Below the pieces are notes generated by a model. That model searched no databases. It had not been told where the DNA came from and worked only from the letters and a program-made list of their open reading frames with translations. DNA of 64,000 bases from Desulfosoma sp. (lineage in GTDB: Bacteria > Desulfobacterota > Syntrophobacteria > Syntrophobacterales > DSM-9756), in the NCBI GenBank assembly GCA_037481835.1, contig JBBFKW010000002.1:160001-224000 (forward strand), given 5' to 3'. Numbering within the stretch: position 1 is the stretch's first letter; every line of letters starts with the position of its first letter. Shown here piece by piece: positions 57,662-64,000 of this stretch. The position numbers and the translations under genes were made by a program.

Positions 57662-58138
57662 CTACAGCGCTTCCAGGAGCTTGGGCACGGTGTCTTTGGG
57701 GGAAACGGGGGACCAGGCCTGCACGAGCTTTCCATTGGAGTCGAAGAGGAAGGCGGAGCGAATGATTCCCTGGACGGTTTTTCCCCGAACCTGCTTTTCT
57801 CCCCAGACGCCGAAGGCTTCCGCCACCAGGTGGTCCGAGTCGGAAAGGAGGGGAAATCGAAGGCCGTGCTTTTCCGCGAATCGTTTTTGGGTTGTCGGGG
57901 AATCGGGGCTGATGCCCACAACGCGCACGTTAAGACCGCTTAGGCGCTCCAAGGCCTCCTGGACGGAGACGGCTTGAGCCGTGCAGCCGCCCGTATTGGC
58001 TTTGGGATAGAAGAAGATGAAAAGATGGGATCCCAAAAAATCTTCCGGGCGCACCACGACGCCGTCCTGATCGAGCAGGGAAAAGGGCGGGACGGGATCG
58101 CCCGGACCGAGAGGCGCGGGGTTTTTCGGGGCGGGCAT
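57662..58138 (-). CDS. bcp: Peroxiredoxin, BCP/PrxQ family
   Basis: FYPKANTGGCTAQA, GISPD, FPLLSD and IRSAF motifs. Confidence 0.85.
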   Translation of the reverse strand: MPAPKNPAPLGPGDPVPPFSLLDQDGVVVRPEDFLGSHLFIFFYPKANTGGCTAQAVSVQEALERLSGLNVRVVGISPDSPTTQKRFAEKHGLRFPLLSDSDHLVAEAFGVWGEKQVRGKTVQGIIRSAFLFDSNGKLVQAWSPVSPKDTVPKLLEAL

Positions 58139-58152
58139 GATGTCGGCTCCTT

Positions 58153-59388
58153 TCATGACCGGTAGTCGGCGTTAATTTTGACGTAGTCGTAGGAAAAATC
58201 GCACGTATAGACCGTTTCCTCCTCCCTTCCCTCCCCCAAATCCAGGCGCAGCCGGATGTCCTTGCGGCGGAAGACGGCGGAGGCCTTTTCTTCCAGGTCT
58301 TCGTCCTGCACGGGTTGGCCGTTTCTAAAGATGCAGACGTCTTCGAAATAGAGACTGGCCCGGTCGGGATCGAAATCCACGCCGGCGCGTCCGGCGGCGG
58401 CCACAATCCGGCCCCAGTTGGCGTCCTGGCCGAACAACGCGGTCTTGACGAGGGGGGAGGTGGCGATGGTCCGAGCCACCCGAAGGGCCCGGTCCCGGCT
58501 CTTGGCTCCGAAAACCGTCACGGCCACGAACTTGGTGGCCCCTTCGCCGTCTCGAACGATCTGGTGCGCCAGATCCAGGCACACGTCACTGAGCACGCGG
58601 CCGAAAGCCCGTGCCTCGGAAGAGTCGGGGTCGGTGATAGGGGGATGGGCGGCTGTCCCGCTTGCCAAGACGAGAACCGTGTCGTTGGTGCTTGTGTCGC
58701 CGTCCACGGTGATCCGGTTGAAGGATCGCGAGACGGCTTCGCCGAGCCAGAACCGAAGGACTTCCGGGCTCACGCGGGCGTCCGTCGCCACAAAGGCGAG
58801 CATGGTGGCCATATCGGGGGCGATCATGCCCGATCCCTTGGCCATGCCGCCGCAGGTGATGGGTATTGCGCCCAGTTCCGTTTGGGCCCAGGCCGTTTTC
58901 GGCACGGTGTCCGTGGTCATGATGGCCGCGGCGGCATCTTCCCATCCTTCGGGCCGAAGATCGGCGGCCAGCCGGGACAGGGCGCTTTGCAAAGGTTCCA
59001 GGCGCAGCTGGGGGCCGATGACGCCCGTAGAGGCCACGAGAACCTGTTGGGGATCGATCCCGAGCACCGACGCCGCATGATGGGCGCTCAGCCGGGCCCG
59101 CCGAAGCCCTTCTTCGCCGGTGCAGGCGTTGGCGATGCCGGCATTGATGAGAACCGCTCGAGCCGCTCCCCGGGTTGCCGCAAGGTGTTCCTTGCACAGG
59201 ATCACCGGGGCGGCACAAAACCGATTCCGGGTGAAGACCCCGGCCGCCGCCGCAGGAGTGTCGCTCACAACGAGCGCGCAGTCGAGACGGTTCTTGTAGC
59301 GCATACCGCTTGCCGCCGCCGCCGCCTGAAAACCCGGAACCTGAAAGGATCCCCGATTCACGTTTCCGTGCGCTTCGTGCCTCGTCAT
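58153..59388 (-). CDS. argJ: Ornithine acetyltransferase/N-acetylglutamate synthase
   Basis: STGVIG, IMTTD, AKGSGMIAPDMATML, DGDTSTND and DANWGR motifs. Confidence 0.93.
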   Translation of the reverse strand: MTRHEAHGNVNRGSFQVPGFQAAAAASGMRYKNRLDCALVVSDTPAAAAGVFTRNRFCAAPVILCKEHLAATRGAARAVLINAGIANACTGEEGLRRARLSAHHAASVLGIDPQQVLVASTGVIGPQLRLEPLQSALSRLAADLRPEGWEDAAAAIMTTDTVPKTAWAQTELGAIPITCGGMAKGSGMIAPDMATMLAFVATDARVSPEVLRFWLGEAVSRSFNRITVDGDTSTNDTVLVLASGTAAHPPITDPDSSEARAFGRVLSDVCLDLAHQIVRDGEGATKFVAVTVFGAKSRDRALRVARTIATSPLVKTALFGQDANWGRIVAAAGRAGVDFDPDRASLYFEDVCIFRNGQPVQDEDLEEKASAVFRRKDIRLRLDLGEGREEETVYTCDFSYDYVKINADYRS

Positions 59389-59398
59389 GGCCAGCGCC

Positions 59399-61921
59399 TC
59401 ACTTTCCGCAGCATTTTTTATACTTTTTGCCACTTCCGCAGGGACATGGGTCGTTTCGGCCCACCTTTTTGTCCTTCTTGACGGTCTGGGGCGCCCTTTG
59501 GCCTCCGGCGGGACCGTAGTACATGGGCTGGTTTTCCTGTTCCTGGCGGAGCTCCTGGACCTCTTCCTCCCTGCGGATCTGCACGTGGAAAAGCACCCGG
59601 ATGGTTTCTTCCTTCAGCCGATGGATCATGTCGTCAAACAGGGCATGGGCCTCCCTCTTGTAGGCCACGAGAGGGTCCTGCTGGGCGTAGCCCCGAAGGC
59701 CGATGCCTTCCTTCAGGTGGTCCATGTTGAGCAGGTGGTCTTTCCACAGGCTGTCCAGGGTCTGAAGCAGGACGTAGTTTTCCAGATCCCGCATGAGGGT
59801 GTCGCCGAATTCCCGCTCGCGGGCTTCGTAGCGTTCCTGGACTCTTCGCCACAGGAGTTCCCTCAGGCCGTCTTGGCTCAGTTCGTTAAGCTCGCCCGGG
59901 CTGGGCATGAGGCCGGGTCCGAACAGGCGCTGCAGCTCGGCGTTGAGGGTCTCCAGGTCCCAGTCTTCCGCAAAGGTTTTCTCGTCCGTGGTGGATTGGA
60001 TGATGTCTTCCAGGAGATCTTCCGCCATGTCCATGATGGTGGGTTTGAGGTCGCCGCCTTTGAGGGCTTCCCGGCGCTGGCGGTAGATGACTTCCCGCTG
60101 TTGGTTCATCACATCGTCGTATTCCAAAAGATGCTTGCGGATGCTGAAGTTGTGCGCTTCCACGCGGCTTTGGGCGTTCTCGATGGCTTTGCTTACGAGC
60201 CGATGCTCGATGGGTTCGCCTTCTTCCATGCCGATGCGCTGCATGAGGCTGGAGATGCGATCGGCGGCGAAGATGCGCATGAGATCGTCTTCCAGGCTGA
60301 GATAGAAGCGGGAGGAGCCGGGGTCTCCCTGACGGCCGGCACGACCGCGAAGTTGGTTGTCGATGCGGCGCGCCTCGTGGCGTTCCGTTCCCAGAATGTG
60401 CAAGCCGCCCAGTTCGGCCACTCCCGGACCCAGGACGATATCGGTGCCGCGGCCGGCCATGTTGGTGGAAATGGTCACCGCGCCCCTTTGGCCGGCTTTG
60501 GCGACGATTTCCGCTTCCTTCTCGTGGTGCTTGGCATTGAGGACCTGGTGGGGGATGCCTTCGCGTTTGAGCATGCGGCTGAGCATCTCCGATTTGTCGA
60601 TGCTCACGGTCCCCACCAAGACGGGCCGCCCCTGGGCGTGGAGTTCCTTGATTTCCTGAACGGCGGCCTGGAACTTTTCCCGTTCGGTGCGGAAGATGCA
60701 ATCCGGATAGTCGATGCGGATCATCTTCTTGTGGGTCGGAATGACCACGACTTCCAGCTTGTAGATCTTGGCGAATTCCTCCGCTTCGGTGTCAGCCGTG
60801 CCCGTCATGCCGGCCAGCTTGTTGTACATCCGGAAATAGTTCTGGAAGGTGATGGTGGCGAGGGTTTGATTTTCGTTCTCAACCTGCACGCCTTCCTTGG
60901 CTTCCAGGGCCTGGTGCAATCCGTCGCTGTAGCGGCGGCCGGGCATGAGCCGCCCGGTGAATTCATCGACGATGATGACCTTGCCGTCCTTGACGATGTA
61001 GTCCACATCCTTTTGGAAAAGGGTGTGGGCCCGCAGGGCCTGTTGGACGTGGTGGAGGAGATCGATGTTCCTCGGGTCGTAGAGGTTATCCACGCCCAGG
61101 AGGCGTTCCGCCGCGGCCACGCCTTCTTCGGTCAGTGTCACCGTGCGGCTCTTTTCCTCCTTGGTGTAGTGGATTTCCGGCTTGAGGTGCGGGATGATGC
61201 GGTTGACCCGCACGTAGAGCTGGGTCGATTTCTCGGCGGGTCCCGAGATGATCAGGGGGGTTCTGGCTTCGTCGATGAGGATGCTGTCCACTTCGTCCAC
61301 GATGGCGTAGTTGAGTTCCCTTTGGACCATGTCCTCGAGCCGGAACTTCATGTTGTCGCGCAGATAATCGAACCCGAACTCGTTGTTGGTGCCGTAGGTG
61401 ACATCGCATTCGTAGGCGGCTTTTCGCTGGCGGTCGTCCAGACCGTGGACGATGCAGCCCACCGACAGGCCGAGAAACTTGTAGATTTCACCCATCCACT
61501 CGCTGTCGCGCTTGGCCAGGTAATCGTTCACGGTGACGACGTGGACGCCTCGACCGGTGAGGGCGTTGAGGTAGACCGGCATCACGGCGACGAGCGTCTT
61601 GCCTTCGCCGGTTTTCATTTCGGCGATTTTTCCCTGATGCAGGACGATCCCGCCGATGATCTGCACATCGAACGGGCGCATGCCCACGGTGCGGGCGGCC
61701 GCTTCCCGGGCCACGGCAAAGGCTTCGGGCAGGAGATCGTCCAGGGGTTCGCCGCGGGCGACCCGCTGGCGGAATTCGATGGTTTTCGCCTGGAGGGCCT
61801 GGTCGCTCAGGGCGCGCACGGACGGTTCCAGCTGGTTGACGGCGTCCACGAGGGGCGCAATGCGCTTCAGGTTCCGTTCGTTTTGAGTCCCGAAAATCTT
61901 TTTTAACAGAGCACCGATCAT
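59399..61921 (-). CDS. secA: Preprotein translocase ATPase SecA
   Basis: [28 protein letters not shown] and C-terminal [18 protein letters not shown] motifs. Confidence 0.98.
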   Translation of the reverse strand: MIGALLKKIFGTQNERNLKRIAPLVDAVNQLEPSVRALSDQALQAKTIEFRQRVARGEPLDDLLPEAFAVAREAAARTVGMRPFDVQIIGGIVLHQGKIAEMKTGEGKTLVAVMPVYLNALTGRGVHVVTVNDYLAKRDSEWMGEIYKFLGLSVGCIVHGLDDRQRKAAYECDVTYGTNNEFGFDYLRDNMKFRLEDMVQRELNYAIVDEVDSILIDEARTPLIISGPAEKSTQLYVRVNRIIPHLKPEIHYTKEEKSRTVTLTEEGVAAAERLLGVDNLYDPRNIDLLHHVQQALRAHTLFQKDVDYIVKDGKVIIVDEFTGRLMPGRRYSDGLHQALEAKEGVQVENENQTLATITFQNYFRMYNKLAGMTGTADTEAEEFAKIYKLEVVVIPTHKKMIRIDYPDCIFRTEREKFQAAVQEIKELHAQGRPVLVGTVSIDKSEMLSRMLKREGIPHQVLNAKHHEKEAEIVAKAGQRGAVTISTNMAGRGTDIVLGPGVAELGGLHILGTERHEARRIDNQLRGRAGRQGDPGSSRFYLSLEDDLMRIFAADRISSLMQRIGMEEGEPIEHRLVSKAIENAQSRVEAHNFSIRKHLLEYDDVMNQQREVIYRQRREALKGGDLKPTIMDMAEDLLEDIIQSTTDEKTFAEDWDLETLNAELQRLFGPGLMPSPGELNELSQDGLRELLWRRVQERYEAREREFGDTLMRDLENYVLLQTLDSLWKDHLLNMDHLKEGIGLRGYAQQDPLVAYKREAHALFDDMIHRLKEETIRVLFHVQIRREEEVQELRQEQENQPMYYGPAGGQRAPQTVKKDKKVGRNDPCPCGSGKKYKKCCGK

Positions 61922-62040
61922 GGTGGGCGTTCTCCTTATCTAAGATGAACGGCGGCCGCTGCGGCCGCCGCCAAGGTTCTATAACGCACAAGCAAACCAA
62001 ATTCAACGCATGGTTCCCTCCTGCCGGCGCAGACAAGGGA

Positions 62041-62070
62041 TTGACAAAGCCCGGGGGCTTCTGGTATGCG
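62041..62070 (+). promoter_or_regulatory. Putative sigma70 promoter of the IclR gene
   Basis: TTGACA (62041-62046), 18-nt spacer, TG-n-TATGCG. Confidence 0.5.
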
Positions 62071-62098
62071 ATCAAATAAAAAAACGGTGTATTGCATT

Positions 62099-62905
62099 AT
62101 GAAACGCACGGGACAGCCCAACGCCATTGAAAAAGCCCTTCAGGTCTTGTCCGCCTTCCAGGTGGATCGGCCGCGGTGGGGCGTGCGGGAGCTGGCGGCC
62201 CATGTGGGCTTCAGCCCGGCCACGGTGCAAAGGATCCTTCAGAGCTTGAAGGCGTACCATTTCATCGAGCAGGATCCTCAAACGCTGCAGTATCGGCTGG
62301 GCCCCATTTACTACCGTTTCGTGGAAGTGCTCCAAAGCCAGCACGCCGTGGTCCAGGAGGCGGGCCCTGTCATGCGGCGCTTGAGTTTCGAGACGGGGGA
62401 GACGGTGCACTTGAACGTCGTGGACGGCCGGGAGAGACTGTGCATCGAGAGCATGGAATCCCTCCAGTCTCTTAAGGCCGGCATGCCCGTGGGCAACCGC
62501 TCCCCGCTCTATGCAGGGGCCTCATCCAAATGCCTCTTGGCCTTTTCTCCTGACGAGTTCGTGGCGGCCTATCTTGCGGACCTATCGCCCAAGGCTCTGA
62601 CCGAAAACACCATTGTGGACAAGGAGGCCCTCACGGCCGAGATCGCCGCCATCCGCCGTCGAGGTTACGCGGAAAGCCTGGCGGAACGGACTTTGGGGCT
62701 GGGGTCTCTCAGCGTGCCCGTCTTTTCCCATAACGGGGGGTTGCTGGCGGCCTTGAGTCTCGCTTTGCCGGAACTTCGGTTTCGAAACCCCGACCATAAG
62801 CAGCGGTGCCTTGAGCACCTTCTGGAGGCGGGACGGGAATTGTCCATGCGCATGGGCTGGCGTGGGCCGTATCCCAAACCCGTCGGCCGCATCGATGGCG
62901 TGTGA
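62099..62905 (+). CDS. IclR-family transcriptional regulator
   Basis: AIEKALQVL..ATVQRIL HTH; ETGETVHL, PLYAGASSK and IRRRGYA motifs. Confidence 0.9.
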   Translation: MKRTGQPNAIEKALQVLSAFQVDRPRWGVRELAAHVGFSPATVQRILQSLKAYHFIEQDPQTLQYRLGPIYYRFVEVLQSQHAVVQEAGPVMRRLSFETGETVHLNVVDGRERLCIESMESLQSLKAGMPVGNRSPLYAGASSKCLLAFSPDEFVAAYLADLSPKALTENTIVDKEALTAEIAAIRRRGYAESLAERTLGLGSLSVPVFSHNGGLLAALSLALPELRFRNPDHKQRCLEHLLEAGRELSMRMGWRGPYPKPVGRIDGV

Positions 62906-62934
62906 ACAACGGGGACAAGGAGAAGGGGAGTGCC

Positions 62935-64000
62935 ATGACAGGAGGATCCAGGGCGTTGGACGGCATCAAGGTGTTGGACCTTTCCCGGGTTCTTGCCGGA
63001 CCGTATTGTTCCATGATGCTGGGAGACATGGGGGCGGATGTGATCAAGGTGGAACGCCCCGGGGCCGGAGACGACACCCGCCAGTGGGGCCCTCCGGAAG
63101 CCGGCGGCGAGGCCGCCTATTACCTCTGTGTCAACCGAAACAAGCGCAGCATCACGGTGGACCTGAAAAAGGAAGAAGGCCGGGAGATCATCCGCACCTT
63201 GGCGTCCCAAAGCGACATCCTCATCGAAAATTACAAGGTGGGCACTCTGCCCAAGCTGGGTTTGGGCTACGAGGACCTAAAGAAGGTCAATCCCGGCCTG
63301 ATCTACTGTTCCATTACGGGATTCGGGCAAAACGGGCCGTACAAGGACAAACCCGGCTATGATTTCATGATCCAAGGCATGGGCGGCATCATGAGCATCA
63401 CCGGGGATCCCGAAGGGCCGCCCATGAAGGTGGGGGTGGCCATCGTGGACATCACGGCGGGCCTTTTCGCCTGCAGCGCCATTTTAGCGGCGCTGTATCA
63501 CAGGACCCTCACGGGCCGAGGACAGTACATCGATGTGGCCCTTCTCGACGCCGTGGTGGCGTGGCTCGCCAACGTGGGCAGCAACTATCTGGTTTCGGGA
63601 GAAATCCCGGCGCGATATGGCAACGCTCACCCCAACATCGTGCCCTACGAGCCCTTCAAATGCAAAGACGGCACCTACATCGCCCTGGCCGTGGGCAACG
63701 ACCGCCAGTGGCAGGATTTCTGTCGGCTGGCCGGCTTGGACCATCTGGCCGACGATTCCCGCTTCGCCACCAATCCCCAGCGGGTGATCCATCGCAAGGA
63801 ACTCATTCCCCTGGTGGCCCAGGCCATGCTCCAAAAGACGGGCGATGAATGGCTCGAGGCCCTGGATCGGCTCAAGATCCCCTGTGGGCCCATCAACACG
63901 TTGGATCGGGTGTTTTCCGACCCGCAGGTCTTGGCGAGGCAGATGGTCGCCGAGGTGCCGCACCCGACGGCCGGGTCGGTCAAGCTGGTGGCGAGCCCCA
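62935..64000 (+). CDS. CaiB/BaiF family III CoA-transferase (partial, runs off the window)
   Basis: Hand translation MTGGSRALDGIKVLDLSRVLAGPYCSMMLGDMGADVIKVE; NRNKRS and KPGYDF motifs. Confidence 0.9.
   Translation, partial: MTGGSRALDGIKVLDLSRVLAGPYCSMMLGDMGADVIKVERPGAGDDTRQWGPPEAGGEAAYYLCVNRNKRSITVDLKKEEGREIIRTLASQSDILIENYKVGTLPKLGLGYEDLKKVNPGLIYCSITGFGQNGPYKDKPGYDFMIQGMGGIMSITGDPEGPPMKVGVAIVDITAGLFACSAILAALYHRTLTGRGQYIDVALLDAVVAWLANVGSNYLVSGEIPARYGNAHPNIVPYEPFKCKDGTYIALAVGNDRQWQDFCRLAGLDHLADDSRFATNPQRVIHRKELIPLVAQAMLQKTGDEWLEALDRLKIPCGPINTLDRVFSDPQVLARQMVAEVPHPTAGSVKLVASP

Noticed and set aside
46171..58138. Possible selenoproteins given selC (MvhD, HdrA, FdhA-like, Bcp)
   Set aside because: The positions checked are Cys codons (CNWCSY, GCH, GGCT); the ORFs are uninterrupted and no in-frame TGA with continued homology was found.
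59387..61906. 839-aa plus-strand ORF antisense to secA, and similar long ORFs such as 15338-18601, 9592-11712, 2198-4411 and 48389-50335
   Set aside because: Shadow ORFs produced by GC-rich codon bias on the opposite strand; no recognisable motifs, and they overlap well-supported genes.

Overview
A GC-rich, gene-dense chromosomal segment from an anaerobic deltaproteobacterium. Gene content suggests a Syntrophobacterales-like sulfate reducer, possibly thermophilic (inference). Left to right: a phenylacetate-CoA ligase/ACT/Liv-type ABC operon with a second, degenerate ligase; panE; tRNA-Sec with nearby REP and MITE-like repeats; DUF362, DUF1614, pckA and gmhB; rnc and a hybrid kinase; lpxC-DUF4390-ntrY/ntrX-like genes; tRNA-Pro; three response regulators; FBP aldolase/phosphatase; an HD hydrolase; an Rpn nuclease; tRNA-Trp; a split pyruvate-carboxylase-like pair; xerD, a tRNA nucleotidyltransferase, S2P, trpS, rluB, a TPR protein and tRNA-Val; a six-gene redox operon (SfrA/NuoG-like, nfnA, nfnB, hdrA, mvhD, Fe-S protein); glgP, bcp, argJ, secA, an IclR regulator and a partial CoA-transferase. 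The most striking unannotated signal lies in the first 350 nt. A 28-aa Phe-rich leader peptide (133-219, absent from the ORF track) sits with a perfect 13-bp antiterminator and two interlocked terminators. This looks like a phenylalanine-sensing attenuator with a relay architecture controlling an aryl-acid uptake/activation operon. Other highlights are the Nfn-Hdr hybrid redox operon with a degenerate NfnA, a sigma54 promoter with tandem enhancer sites upstream of lpxC, and an internal RBS/start inside the Rpn gene. No database searches or folding programs were run; start codons were chosen by eye.
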